Position numbers and translations under genes: made by a program
Shown: positions 50,326 to 64,000 of the stretch, piece by piece
Layout: each line of letters begins with the position of its first letter
Position numbering within the stretch: the first letter of the stretch is position 1
Notes under the pieces: model-generated
Database searches by the model: none
Seen by the model: only the letters and a program-made list of their open reading frames with translations
What the model was told of the DNA's origin: nothing
DNA from: Glaucostegus cemiculus
Taxonomy: Eukaryota
Assembly: GCA_976551045.1 (NCBI GenBank)
Contig: CDPCPM010000241.1
Coordinates: 496,001 to 560,000 of the forward strand
Reading direction: 5' to 3'
Length of the DNA stretch: 64,000 bases

Positions 50326-53300
50326 AGAGGTGCAGTGGCCTATTGTAGCATCTCAGTGACAGATCATTCAACACTATGCACGTCCTTTTTCTGTACATAT
50401 TATGCCAAGAAGTGCTCTTCTAAAAGATGAGAAAATGTCCATGGGGCAAACTCTTCTTAGTTGTTCATCTTCTTGGGTGCAGTCACACTGAATGCTTTCC
50501 ACAACTATTTATAATGTGTAAAGGAGGGAAAAGTGACACATTTTGCATTCTATTTCAGAAGAAAAAAAACCCATGGGGAAATTCTGTAAGATAATTGAGC
50601 ACCTCCCAAACCTCCAGTCTCTTACCACTAAGAAAGACAAGGTTGGAAGACAGAAATATCACCACCTGCACCTTCTCCAAATTACACACTCTTCTGATTT
50701 AGAAATGCTTTAACAGTCACTTATCCTGACTAGGTCCAAATATTGGATCTCCTTCTTAAACATAGCTGCAATAGCTTGCCACTATCTTCTTGAGAGCAGT
50801 TTGGCTTGACAACCCATGTGGTTTTAAAAATAACTGAAAGAATGTGAGATCCCCATGGTTACCCATGATGCTTCCAAGGGCATTTGCAATTGTCACACTG
50901 GTGAAATGCCAAACTGTTCTCCACCATCAGGAATTCCATGTTTGCCATTTTCGTGAGTAACCTATTCCTTGGACTTTCAACACCACAAGAAGTAAATATT
51001 GCCAGTGGTTTGATTTCTTTTCTACATGTTTTTGGGATGCACTTATCTCATTCAAATTTTATTTTGATATTATTTGAATCCACCACGGCCTTTTCTACCA
51101 CAACTTAAAATCTGGTCACCATTTCCCATGCTCTTAAATCAACAGTGAAGTTTGTCCCTGTCCTTGTCCACTATAGAATAATACAAATCACTGGTTGTGT
51201 AAGAAAATAATATGTTTGGTTATACCAGAACTTTGTGTAATCTCATCTTTGGATCTTGAGGGAGAGCTCCAATATCTTTAGTAAATACATAGCAACTGAT
51301 TGTGACAAATTGCATCCATCTATTTGCAGAAGACAATATTGTGCAAGATAACTTGCGTGATGCAATCTCTTTTTATTAAGGCTTTCCCGGTGAACTTTAT
51401 CTGCTCTCGCTGAATACAAATAAAATGTCTGCTCACAGAAATTCAGAAAAATGCCACAGCTCTACATGTATAAAAATCACTTGCTTTGAGTCAAAGCAGT
51501 GCTGGATTCTGGTGTAAGAGCACTCTGACTCACACTAGGATTCTCCCTCCAGTAATTCTGTTTGCTATTCACTTCACACAACAAACCAGAGCCCATTTTT
51601 CTTGCATATTCATTCATGAGGGGCTACTGCATGCATGCTGTTAACTTGCTGATGACAGCTTAATAAGGTCCTCACTTTGTGTTTCATCCCAATGAGCTTG
51701 TCGAGCTTTGTGTGGCAGGCTAACCTTTCCTCTATTTTTCTGAGTATGGGGCAGCTGTGTCACTATTATTTAGAAGAATGAAGGACCTTTGAGAGACCAT
51801 AGCTGTGACAGATTACACTAAGGTCGTCTTGCACATGAAAACCTACAAGATTCTCTGTGCCATTATTGGAAACAACAGTGGACAATTTAACCCCAAAAAA
51901 ATGCAAGCCATGTTACAATAGGGAACTTTAACAGTTGGACAGAGACGCTGTGTAAATTCAGTAACTTTGATTCCATAGGTCGTTCCCTTATACAAACATT
52001 ATTAATTACCTTTTACCAAAACAATTGGGAGTTGACTTGAGGTGCAAATTGATTTTAAAAAAAAAGCTGTTGTCCTTCAAAGTGTAATTTTCTTTGTTGT
52101 TTGTGAAGCTGATAACATTCCAGGCCAAAAATAAAAAAAATACTCTGTCGGAGAATGATTTATAATTAAGTCACAAAGAATGAATAACCTGGAATCCCCA
52201 GCAATTAGGCAGAAAATAATTGTCTTTTTACATCACATTTCAGTTAGTATTTGGTATTCACAAATATGTATTCAAATGTGGGAGAAATTAAATTGTTTAA
52301 CATTTCTGAAATACCAAATGGAGAACAAAAACAATTTATTATTTAATAGTTGTAAGTCACTTTATTTGATTTTATTATTATCACATGTAAACAGTGCTCA
52401 ATTTCCTGAGAACCTTTGTTTATTTATCTATTCACTTATCTATTTGGTTCTGACAAACAGATTGCCATAAATTAGTTTTGAACATTTTTTCCCTAAACAT
52501 ATATGTGTAGAATTTACTACAGATGTGAACATTTGGAAACATTAAATTGTTCACAAATCAACAATAACATACTCAAATTTTGCTAATATTTGTAGAATGT
52601 TAAACTGTAAATCATGGCAATGACTATGAATTGCACCAGTTGTGTGTGTAAAATCAAAATAAATAAATTGCCCACAATTGACAATAAGGCTGCCAATGCA
52701 GATATTGAAGATAATGTGAGGAAACAGGTGTTGATGATGGAAATATGCTGACAATGTCATTAAGATTTGACTTAAGGCACTTTGTTGAGGTCAAGTAGAG
52801 GAAGCTTTATTTTGCAGGTAACCAAAGTTATAATTTGACTCCAAACTTGACACTGATATTAGGTGTAAACAATGGGTAAAAACACTGCCACCCAACACAG
52901 AAACTTGAAGTTAATCATCTCACAAAAGGATTTGGCTGAAGTTGCTAATAATATCTGATTGTAATGCTATATGGAACAATTAAATTTATAGTGCAATGTT
53001 GAGATTACTTGAGGTTGATACTTTTGCCATCTAGTTTAGAGCCCATCAGATGTTCCTTTTTGTTGATTGCTGCATTTTTTTCCTCATTGAGTGGGAACAG
53101 TTACATTTAACCCCCATGTTTTGGAATTGAAAATTCCTTTGATCCATTGATTTTTTTACTGCTTTGCAACTGATATGATGGAACATATTAAAAGCTCATA
53201 ATAAGATTACTCTTAAACATTTTTAATGGAATACCATTTCCATTTAGTTGACAATTACATCATTAACAGTTTGTAGGATGGCACAGCTTGATGGGCCGAA

Positions 53301-53759
53301 GGGCCTGTTCTGTGCTGTATTGTTCTATTGTTCTATTGTTCTTAACATGCATTTTTATTGCAGTGATAAATTCTAATCAATATTTTATAATCTAATCATT
53401 GTAGCAAAGATTCCAGTTTCCATAACGATGGAGTTCAGCCCTCCTTCCCTCTGGCATTTCCCATGTTGCACTGATCACATTGGTGCATGCAATAGGTCCA
53501 ATGACTGACACTGATGTGTGCTGCTAATGTTGGCTTTAAACACATACACCCCCAAATAATTATTTTTTCAAGTCATTTTGTTAAATAAATCACATGGTTT
53601 TTCAAGCTTATCAGTGTTCATATTAATGTCTTTGAAGAGCTAAGGAAATCATCACTATTGATCAGAAAATATCCTCTTGGGAATATGTTGGAGCAGATAC
53701 ATTAGGTTATTTGCTGGAATAACAATATGCAAGACAACAGGCAAGGTTAAGAGGCAAGG

Positions 53760-54065
53760 TTTAATTTGGCAGCATTCTGGAACATTGATTCAGACATGAA
53801 TTCAAATTCCACCATGGTAGCAGGGAAACTAATTTAAATAAAGTAAATAGTCTCAGTAATGTAATAATGGAACTACTGGTTTGTGGCCAAAAAAATCAGG
53901 TTCAGTAATGTTTCAGGGAAGCAAATCTGTCCTCCTTACCTGGCTTTGGCTTGTGTGTGACTCCAAACCAGTCAATGTGGTTGATGCTTAACCATCTCCT
54001 CAATACTGGGGCAATTGTAGGAATGGACAATAAGTGCATTGTTTACGTTCCATGAATGAGTAAAT
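53760..54065 (+). mobile_element. tRNA-derived SINE, degenerate
   Basis: B-box-like ttcaaattccaccatgg; the tail ggcaattgtaggaatggacaataa resembles the 3' end of the 23.2 kb LINE. Confidence 0.45.
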
Positions 54066-55474
54066 ATAAAATAAAATCTTCTTTGTATCATATTAACAAA
54101 TCTGAAATGGAAATTTGTTGTGAAATGGACCACAACCAGTGGTCAGTATAAGGATACATTTGCTCCATCATCCTTATTTAAATCTAACATTTTGTCTGGA
54201 TATCCACCTCAGATTAATTTGATTGATATTTGACACGGAGAATATCTGGTGTTTGGGGAAACTTGTAGTAATTCTTTAGGATGCAATGGTTTTGAAATAA
54301 TAATTGGTCTGCAAAGACCAGGAGGGACAGAAAACTATTTGCTATGCCCTACTCTGGTGGTAAGGCCAGATTTGTCCTCGATATTTATGCTACAAAAGTT
54401 TTTCAATCAATTTCTAAATTGCAACTCCAGCTGCTCTTAAGATGGTAACTGAAGGCCATGATATCATGCACCCTGCTATATATACCTCCTGTAAAACCTA
54501 ACCCTTGTAAGGAGTTGCAGGGAAGGAGGCAGTCAAGTGAAACACAATCTCATTGGCCAGCTCTTTAAGTCAGCAAAGCAATTAGAAACTACTGATTGCT
54601 TTTGGACATCTTTTCCATGCTTGTTTATTTTAGTTGTATATTCTTTGATTTGTCTAAACAGCACAATGAAAGAATCGTTAAAATAAGAGATCCAAGATAT
54701 GCTGGGATCATGGAGTTTATTTGATCAAGTAATACTAATGGTAGCTTGTCTCGCAGGAGTCTGCACATTCCCCTGCCCATTGCCAACCCTAGTCCCACAG
54801 TGAGCCAGAGACTCTGATTCTTCCTTGGGTCTCAGTCAGCCAGAGACTCCTGCCACTCAATTGGCTAGTGTGCTGAAGTTTTGGCTGCCTGCTGGTGCAA
54901 AGATTCTTGGCTCCAGCTGCACAGTCAGAGACTGGGTGGGCAGGAAGTTGCCAGCTTGGAAGCTAATGAGCATCTCCACAGGTCTAGTCATCTACTGAAT
55001 TGTACAGCAGGTAAATGCCTGCAGCTTGGGCTGTATCTGCTGGTCAGTGGGTCCAGTGTTCTAGCCCAGTGAATTTGATGGAGTAAATGTTCGGAAAATA
55101 TTTTGCAGTGTCCAAAACAAGGGGACATACAATAGAAAATTCGGGAGGGAATCTTATCCAAAGAATCGTTAGTATGTGGACTCACTATCGCAATGAGTAG
55201 TTAAGGCAATTAGCATTTATGCTTTTGTGAGAAAGCTGGATAAACATGCAGAAAAAAGAAACTGGGGATTATGCTGATGGAGTGAGAAAATAAGATGATA
55301 ACAGCTTGTCTGGTGTAAATTTTATGAAAATGAAACACAAATATCGTACTTTGTAAATCCAGTAATTATACATCACAGTAATATCATCAGTAATTGTCTG
55401 TTGTTCCATAGAACAATTTTGATTAAACAATTTAAAATATTGCTTTCCTTGTGTTTTTTGTTTCCTTTTTACAG

Positions 55475-55597
55475 CTCTATGGTTTTTGCTACCAGGATAG
55501 CAATCACATTGCCGACACGTTAACCACTATTACAGAGCTTGGATCCCCTTTGGAGATGATTCAGCTTTTACAGACCTCATGGGAGGAGAGATTTCGA
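55475..55597 (+). CDS. PKDCC: PKDCC coding exon 2 (123 nt): [41 protein letters not shown]
   Basis: Pyrimidine tract and acceptor TTTTTACAG|CTC; donor CGA|GTAAGT. In frame with exon 1, and the peptide matches VLK ([18 protein letters not shown]). Confidence 0.97.
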
Positions 55598-57754
55598 GTA
55601 AGTAATGATTATCTCTGGAGCTTTGAGTGCAAAGGAAGTTGTGGGGGAGGGAGGGGATGAAAAGTGCAGCAAAGCAGAGAAAGAAAATTTCTCGGCTGCA
55701 AAAGAATTTTGTTTCCTGGACATGTTTTTCCTTTTAGAATTTTGAACCATGCTTGGTAAACAAGCATGACTTTTAAAATCTTCTAATTAGGTGGGGGACT
55801 GCTGGTCAAATCAAACTGATTTTCATTTGATTAAGCATAATGAGATAATTTCTCTGCTCTCCCTCTCTTTAAAAAAAAAACTTCTAGGCTTAACATTTGA
55901 AATACCACAATATTTAAAATGAAGATAATGTGCTTCCTTATCTTTGTTGGGGCATCTTGTCATGAATGTATTTTTTACTTTCATTTGGTGTTAGAGACTC
56001 AGAACTCTGAATGTTGTGGAAAAGCATTCACAAAAGGGACCAGGCTCAGACACACCACTCAGTTTAGGAAGAGACATGATATAATGTTACACATTCCATT
56101 TAATTTATCATAACTAACTCTGTCTAGGCTCATTTACATCACTATGCATAACCTATTTCACTTTCCAACTAGTTTTTAGACTTTTTAGGGAAAAACAAGA
56201 TAAATTTAATTTACTTTTCTGTGGGGGGAGTGGGGAAACTTTATTTTCTTTTATTCAACATAAGTATCCTGTTCTCCTAGTCAGGTAGTCACTTCCATTC
56301 AACATACAGACAACTATTGAAACTGTCAGTGGTAGTAATTTGTCACCCATCTGGGAGGGAGAGTTCATTGATGGAGGAAACTCCAACTGGTGAATGGGGT
56401 TTTTCTTTATTTACGTGCTCCAGAAAACTACTTTCTGTGAGACCAGCATTATTTGGCTTTCTGGTCGACCTCAAAAGAAAAAATAAATCATTATTGTATT
56501 CAGTAAATCACAGAAGAGCCCCCTCTTACCAGATTACAGTGAATTTTGCTTTTCTCCCCCCAAAAGTAGGTACATTTAAAGTCTTAAAACTGCCTGCTTT
56601 AATATATTAATTTCTCAGGAAATGTTAAATAAAGTGAATTTTAAGGTACTAAACAAATCAAAGGGCTGATACCTGAAACTGTACCACTGTCTTAAATTAG
56701 CCAGGATGTGTATATTCCTGTGTATGGTGTAAACAAAGTGAACTTTCCTTTGCGTAGTGTCATATTTCACTAAACGTTTGACGATGGTACAAAGTGTGAT
56801 GCAAATGCATTGCATGATACAGCACTGTTGCAAAATAGTATAGCTCTGGTCCAATTTGCAGAGTTAACAAATTTTCATCTGGGCAGCCGTTGGAGCTCTT
56901 GTATTAGGGAGAAGGCAAATTGATCAGCTTTGCTGCTTTTAATCATCCAATGCAGATCTATAGGCCTGATATAGGGATGGAATAGTATTTGGCTAGATAT
57001 CTTACATGATTTCACATATTAATAGTATTTAAAGAATAGACATGGATGAGATGGAGACTGCTTCTATAGACAGTAGTCTAGAAATTCTGTGAGCAGCTTA
57101 ACATTTCTTTGTGCTACACAAAGGAATTTAATCAAAAACTTGATCTGGTGCTTGCCTCACAATTTTCACAGGACATCAGTTTGATTGCAGGTTCCCTTTT
57201 GCATGTGATATGTTTATGGATGGGGGTGTCTGGACATGTACAATGTGTCAAATGACGTACAATACATCTTGATGCCATCCTCATGAAATTCAGTTATGCA
57301 TAGGTGTTCTGGGGACATGTAGGAGCAGGATTCCACAAAGCTTAAAGCCACCTTCAGTGCAGCTGACAGGAGATTAATCTGACCTAGTTTGTGACTGTGT
57401 AGTCTGACTTCTGGATCTTCCTAAAGACAACAACCCTTTTGGTTTTCTACTTGCCCCACTCTCCAACAAACTCTTCACAAACCCTATTCCTTCACCTTGC
57501 TGCATCACGCTACCTCAATAATCAAACATATCATCTCTGCCTTTCCCTACACCCAGCCACTCTTGACATTTGCCCTCTTTCCTCCCTCCCCCCCACCCTA
57601 ATTCAACTCTTGAGATCCCATTCCCCTCCCACTGAGTTATTTCCTCTTAACCTCTTTCCTCCCAGTTCTGGAATCCCTCCACTGAAAGCGTTCTCTCGAA
57701 GACCCACAATCTGCAGTCTGCATCCTAACTCTGCTAGTTACACAGTGGAGGGGG

Positions 57755-57877
57755 GGGGGGGGAAGTGTTTAGAGGGATATGGGCCAAACACAGGCAGATG
57801 GGACTAGCTCAGGTAGGTAACTTGGTTGGCATGGATGAGTTAGGCTGAAGGGCCTGCTTCTGTGCTGTATAACTCTG
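57755..57877 (+). mobile_element. CR1/HE1-type 3' tail
   Basis: gagggatatgggccaaacacaggcagatgggactag...ggctgaagggcctgcttctgtgctgtataactct. Shorter tails lie at about 45345-45430 and 53275-53340. Confidence 0.8.
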
Positions 57878-58055
57878 AGCTACATTAGTGAGATACTCAT
57901 AATTTATGACCAGTTTCAGTGGAATTCATTCCTTCTTGGATATGTTTAATGGAGAACAGCTGAAGCCATATTTTACTGAGCTCTGTCATTCTGGAGTTTT
58001 ACTTTAAAGCTGAACAAAATTCTATGACTTGTACCTTGTGCTACTTTCATTGCAG

Positions 58056-58327
58056 ATATGTTTGAGCTTGATACGCTTATTGCACTATTTGGCCCATTCT
58101 CCTCTTGGCTCAGTAACATTGCTAGACTTCCGTCCTCGCCAATTTGTTATCGTTGATGGTGAACTCAAAGTGACAGACTTGGATGATGCCAGCATCAATG
58201 AAACACCGTGTTCAAGCAGCAGTGATTGCTTTATGGAGTTTCCTGCCCGAAATTTCACCTTAACCTGCTCATTGGAAGGTGTATGTCAAAGGATGAATGA
58301 GAAGCGGAATCTCTACAATGCCTATAG
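58056..58327 (+). CDS. PKDCC: PKDCC coding exon 3 (272 nt): catalytic loop region
   Basis: Acceptor TTGCAG|ATA; donor TATAG|GTAAAT (phase 2). Encodes [44 protein letters not shown]...[10 protein letters not shown], with the VLK-type LLDFRPRQF loop and DLDD in place of DFG. Confidence 0.97.
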
Positions 58328-59099
58328 GTAAATGCCTCTTTCGCTGTTGAACGTGTCAGAAGAGCTCAGATTGCAACCACCACCATTGCCAGAAACTGAA
58401 TATTTTTCGGTTTCATCACTATGCAAAATTGCTTTGAAACTGCATTCCACTTTGTAAAGGACTTGTGTAATTGACATCATTTTTGTGGTCCTTAGAAGGG
58501 ATAATATGTCCAAACATAGTATACTTCATGTTTATTATGACAAGAGAAGTAAAGCAATGAATAGTGAGAAGTTTGCAATGATTCTAATATTTTACACAGT
58601 TCTCTCATGATTTAGACAAAAGATAGCTGGATACATGCACCAATAGATTCAGCTTAATCCATTCAGTTCCTTTCAGAATGATGCACTCAACATAGAACAT
58701 TCTATATAACCAGTAACACACAAAAACTAGCTCTACAAGATTCAGTAGGATCTCTAAGTAGAATTTCAGTGAAGATGACAAGGGTTGGACACTTACAGGA
58801 TGTGTAGAGGACAAAACTGAACATTTTGTACTTTAGAAACCATAGTCAGATGAGGTTGCTTTGACTGCATGAAACTGCAAGTGAATCTGCTTTTGACTTT
58901 AAGTTACCGGTGATATAAATGACCACTGGCCTCCATTTGAGCAGTTTGAGTGTAAAAGGAATGTAAGCAAGCCCACTCCACACTAATTATGCACTGATTA
59001 AGTGGCAATGCTGTGTTACTCTGTAATGAATGGCTGTAAGCAATCTGTTACCTCTGGGCAGTCTCATAAACTCGTATCAATGGCAGAAATATGAGTGCA

Positions 59100-59440
59100 C
59101 TGGGTGACACTTCACCGCAGTACTGTTGCACAAGTGTTAAAACAGAGAACCCACGTGTCCTCTCCAGTAGAAATGAATGATTCAGCATTGCATTTGAAAA
59201 AATCATTAACATGAAGGGAGTATTGACACTGGCCTGACATTTGTCTCTCAGGCGATACTCAAAGCAAATGATCTTGTCATATATCTAATTACTTTTTGCA
59301 ACTTAATCAGGAGTTTTCTGTGCACAATATCATTGCTTGTACTGCAACAGGGACTATGAATATAAAGTACTTCATTGATTGTGAGGTGCATAGCTATATC
59401 CTTGCTTATGAAAGATGCTATATAGATGCAAGTTCTTTTC
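59100..59440 (+). mobile_element. Deu-domain SINE in PKDCC intron 3
   Basis: Tail aaagtacttcattgattgtgaggtgc...tgaaagatgctatatagatgcaagttcttt, plus a degenerate core (cagtactg...gttaaaacagag). Confidence 0.55.
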
Positions 59441-60693
59441 ACCACCATTTTACAGTTTTTATGTTGGAATCTTTGCATGGCACCAATACATCTGTTCAGT
59501 GAAAGACAACTTCAAGCCTATTTTAAACACCAGCCCTTGTTTCATTAGCTATTTGTTATTTCTCTAGTCTTATTGCACACTGTGACATTCATAAGACCAG
59601 TTTTCAACTACTATTGATCTGCCTGTTCTCAACCAGAAATTGGATGGTTAGCAACTGAAAATGCATCACCTTGACCTTGTACAACTTTACAGAGCAGCCT
59701 ATAAATGGGCAAGTGTTGTTCACTCATCTGAAATCTGCTTAAATAGGAAAACCTTGCCTAGAAATTCAATTGCATAATGTTTTATTATCAGCGTTAACCA
59801 ACTGAAAATTGATTCCATTTTTCGGAAGTGAAACACAATAATTATTTTGTGTTTATTCTTTTTAGTGGGAATGAAAGTTGAGTGGCTTCTATTGTAGTGG
59901 CTGATTCACAATGGCACATTAAAAATTCATACCTTTGTTCTTTCTCCTGCATCTAATCTTTTGGAACATAGTACCATGAGTGTTGTCTCAACTTTGCTGA
60001 CCTTTTGTGATTTAATAAAGTGCAAAATAGAAAACGCCGTGAAGCTGAAATTGTAATTCATTGTTGAGTGCAAAGAATGATGGTGAATGGGCAGTCAGTT
60101 TTACTTCCACACAAATGACTTCACTTTATTTATAAAAAAAGTGTTATTTTATTTATATAATATCAGTTGCCCTAGAAATTCATGCCTGGTTGATAGCTTA
60201 CAACTCTGCTCCAATGACTTTAAGGGACTTCAATGGGACAAAAGTTTGGAGGCAGGAGTACAACACCTGTGGTTACCAAGTGGGGAGGCATTTCCAGGCA
60301 GCGATCTGAAGAAGACGTATGGAGCTGCTTAGTGAAATATTGAGGGTGTCTGCCTAAAACAGGACACCATAGAATGACCATTCCTTGTACAACCCATCTG
60401 GTTTTCCTTCCCATAAGCTTCATACCAATAATCTTGCACCTTTTGATAACTTTAATTTCACCTCTGTGATCAGACTTTGGCTTATGACTGAAGTTATTAT
60501 CCTTTTAAGAATCATTGGTAACAATGCTAACCCACTGCAGCACAACATTTGGCACGTGCTTGTAAGCAACTGAATTATTGATCTGAGATTGCTTCGAATA
60601 AGGAGACATCAGAAATGGAAATAGGGGAAAACATAGTAAATCTCTTGCCTTTTCAAAGACACCTAATACTCCTCAATACTTTTCCTGTTGCAG

Positions 60694-60773
60694 GTTTTTC
60701 TTTACCTATCTCTTGCCACACAGTGCCCCATCAAGTCTACGACCATTACTGGATAATGTAGTGAATGCTACAG
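60694..60773 (+). CDS. PKDCC: PKDCC coding exon 4 (80 nt): (R)[26 protein letters not shown](G)
   Basis: Not in the ORF track; read by hand. Acceptor TTTTCCTGTTGCAG|G and donor ACAG|GTATGG. Phases are compatible with exons 3 and 5, and the peptide matches [15 protein letters not shown]. Confidence 0.96.
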
Positions 60774-63700
60774 GTATGGTATTAAAAATTTTATTGCATT
60801 GGCTTCAATAAATCCAAAGGTTTCAGTTTTCATCTTGTACTCTTAGAAATATTTTGATCAGAAAGACATCAGACCCCTGTTCATACAACAGGGTTGAGCG
60901 AAGGCTGCAAAAAACTTTCATCAGCTTGACCTTTTTAAGCCTGACTCACAGTCAACTGTATCAGACATATTTAATTGATTTATACTTAATCGCATAAACC
61001 ATTTAACTGAATGTATTTCTGTCATAAAAACAAATCCCTTACTGTTATAGAAATTGTCTGGATTGGTTTCATTTGTTTCTTTTACATTTAATCTAATTTG
61101 GTCTTCTAATTGGCTGTTAGATGGAGGACATTGACAACAAATTCCATTCATTTATTGTTATTAATGCAGCAAAATTGTTTCAAATCTTTCACTGAACCAT
61201 GAGGAAAATATCAGTACCAAAGGAGGAATTAGAAAGCATGACCAAAAATATATTGGATAGAAAGATGCACTTTAAGGAGAGTTTGTTTTTAGGGAGGAAA
61301 AGCAATGAAAGGATCAGGAAGGAAATTTGGGCATGAGCGTTGGGTTTCTGAACTAACAGTAGAGCAAAAACCCTGTTGGTGTGCAGGGGTCTGAGTGCAG
61401 AGGATATGCAAATGGGGGGAATGACTAGATCTAAGGGCCAGAGGAGGTTCCAGATATAGGCAGGGGTAAGGCTAGGGAGGCAATTAAGCATGAATTTGAG
61501 GTATTAAGGTATTTGTTAGAGATGAAGAGCAGCGGCTGTCTGACTGAGAAACCTATTTGTGTCTTTGGTGGGACTGTTCCAAGTGGAGAGTCAGGAACTT
61601 GATTTGTGTGGACAGAGGAATTCACCACATGGAGAACTATAATCAATTGGAAATTAAAATGCCTCATTGTGTTGTATAGTTTTACTGAATTTCTTTGCAG
61701 GAAGGACAAGCATGGAATTGTGATGAGAAGTTGAACTTCCTGCTTTGATAAATTGGCTTATTTGATTAATTCCATCTCTCACATTTCAGAAACCATTGCC
61801 TTCAGCAGAAACTTTATACAATTAAGAAGAAAGTGTAGCTTGCAAAATGAGAGATGGATTGGTACAAGGAAGATTGTCTTCACAGGAGACATTCTACAAA
61901 GGATTGCTTCCATTGTATTTTACTTACTTGAAAGACAAAAACAGAATTTGAGACTCGTACCTCTGAGTATCCAACTAGAGGATTAGGCAGTGCTATTCAT
62001 GTTGTATTCCAAACAAACAATGGTTTCCATTTATAGCTGAAAAGAATTTGCATGTACAACAAAATTACATAGGAACAAAATAAACTGCAGCAGATTGGAT
62101 AGGTGACAGTATTGGAAATAAGTATATTCTTTGCATTGGTTTGATTTACACAGAAAATTGCATCCCTTACTGAACAAATTTTTACTGAATAAATATTTGA
62201 CAAACCTCTAACTTCAACAATCCACATAATTGCTGCCTACAAAGAGCAAGACTCCACAAGCTCACAAAATAGCCCTTGTCTCGGGTAAATACCATTTAAC
62301 ACATTGCAGGTGAAAACTATGGGACTTATTAATCCATAAAACTTTGGTCCTGCTTTAATTATTTAAAAATAGCTACTTAACCATTTACTTTCATTCAACT
62401 TTATTTTATCCCCTAAATATTAAACAAGTGAAGCGTATAACCTGCTACCTGAATAAATTCAGTTGTTTTGAAATACCTTGCAGTAAATGGATCTATGGAT
62501 TAGTACTTAACAGTGCCTTGGTATTTCAAACAATACTTGCTCATTGCAAAACAGGTGCAAACATGTTTTGTTCTTTGCAGTGTAACCATAAATGCATCTT
62601 GTCACTAATGTCTTGACCTCCTGCTGTGTTATGCTATAGGGGGAAAAAACAAAGAGTAAGGCAGTCATTCCTCTGGCACAGACTCTGGCTCTTGGCTGTC
62701 TGACAGAACATTAATTGTTAAAGTGATCATACGGTCTTCAGCTAAGTGGACAGCAGGATGGACTTTTATGGTGATGAGCAGGGAGAATGCTCTTTTCGAT
62801 TACTTATCCTACTGCAAAACCACCATGGTTGGTTGACTCAGCAACTGATCACAGTTGGGCTAGCTCAGGCCCCCTGCCTCCTCTTGTACCCCTGGCTGAG
62901 AGAGGGGTTTGTGTATTCAAACTGCAACATGAGAAATGATATGGGGGCCAAGGTTTCTTCCTGGAAGTTTTCATAATTATGAATAAATAGACAATGTTGC
63001 AGGGTATATCGCCACAGTCCTGCTCTCACATTCTGTTAATGACAATTGCTGTAGAACAAACAATTGGCAGTCTGAGGTTGCAGTTCTGCCAATACATTCC
63101 ATTTGTCACTAATTGTAAAAGTTCATTACAGATGAAGCAGTCAGAGAAGAAAGTTTTAACTGTTGTGGTTGCCAAAAGTATCTTGTGTTTCTGACTTTGA
63201 TATTACTCAAATATATGGTATTGAAAGTCATTGAAGTTGTTATATGTGGTAATTTTTAATAATCCTTGTTTATTCCTGTCTATTAACTGCTCCATATTGA
63301 TGATATGGTCAAATGCAGTGTTGCATTTAGGAAGAAAGGATAACATGGGAGCTAATCATCTGATGTCCTATTGCCTGGCTGTTCTGTGGAGATCTGCCTA
63401 CATTCTACAGGTTGGCTCCACACTGTCCTAATTAAGATCAGGAACCTCAAGTCTGAGAGGTTACAGAAACTGCTTCCTAACTCATTCTGTGCCAATGGAC
63501 TTTCCTGAAGATCAGGATTGTACCTGTTTCTTTTAAATTGAGGAGCTTTGGCATGATAGCCAAATTGACTGCAAATTGGCTATCATGCTTCCTAAAATTC
63601 AGAGTGACTACACTTCAAAAACACTGTATTAGATATCAGGTTTGAGGTATCCTGAAGTTACTACGACAATATAACTGTATGTCTGCCTTTCTTTAAATGA

Positions 63701-63943
63701 ATGGCTTATAATGCTTTGAAAAGTTTAGGGTTATTTGGGGTTTGGAGGAGGAGCAAATGATTGGTATATCAGTTTAAGGTCCTAAGGAAGTGAAAGGACA
63801 AGAGTTAGAAACACAACAGCGAGTTCAGCACACTACAACTGTTAAGGAAAAAAGAAAACTGGTCTTAAAGGTGGAAAGTAGCACAGTACTCAAGTGATTG
63901 AAATGGCAAGAAAGCATTTAACAGAAAGAGGTTTGTTTTACAG

Positions 63944-64000
63944 GGGAGTTGCGCTGGGGCATAGAAGAGACATTGGCTCAGCTCGAGGTAGTTCTGTACC
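63944..64000 (+). CDS. PKDCC: PKDCC coding exon 5, truncated by the window end: (G)ELRWGIEETLAQLEVVLY
   Basis: Acceptor TTTGTTTTACAG|GG, phase 1. The translation matches the VLK segment GELAWGVDETLAQLE as I recall it. Confidence 0.93.

Noticed and set aside
58110-58190. Missing HRD/DFG motifs as a sign of a pseudokinase or pseudogene
   Set aside because: LLDFRPRQF and DLDD are the normal motifs of VLK, which is catalytically active.

Overview
Eukaryotic, vertebrate genomic DNA. The repeat inventory (HER1-type CR1 LINEs, Deu-domain SINEs, Penelope-type terminal repeats) points to a cartilaginous fish; this is an inference. Roughly the first 41 kb has no host protein-coding gene that I can support and is filled with decayed retroelements: CR1, RTE, Rex/Babar-like and jockey-group LINEs, SINEs, Penelope-like fragments and one solo LTR. 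The only gene is PKDCC (VLK/SgK493, a secreted/Golgi tyrosine kinase) on the + strand. Coding exons 1-4 are complete (41902-42633, 55475-55597, 58056-58327, 60694-60773) and exon 5 starts at 63944 and runs off the window. The promoter carries two back-to-back ZNF143-type motifs, CCAAT boxes, a PBX-MEIS/PREP decamer and an in-frame uORF cluster. It sits in a ~10 kb CpG-retaining, repeat-poor domain. Inside intron 1 are a perfect 19-bp hairpin with twin TAATCC sites and a ~47-bp long-range inverted repeat. Several Penelope-derived copies keep a recognisable minimal hammerhead-ribozyme layout. I found no evidence of a new multi-gene system; the most unexplained signals are the intron-1 inverted-repeat structures. 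Repeat boundaries are approximate and were judged by eye.
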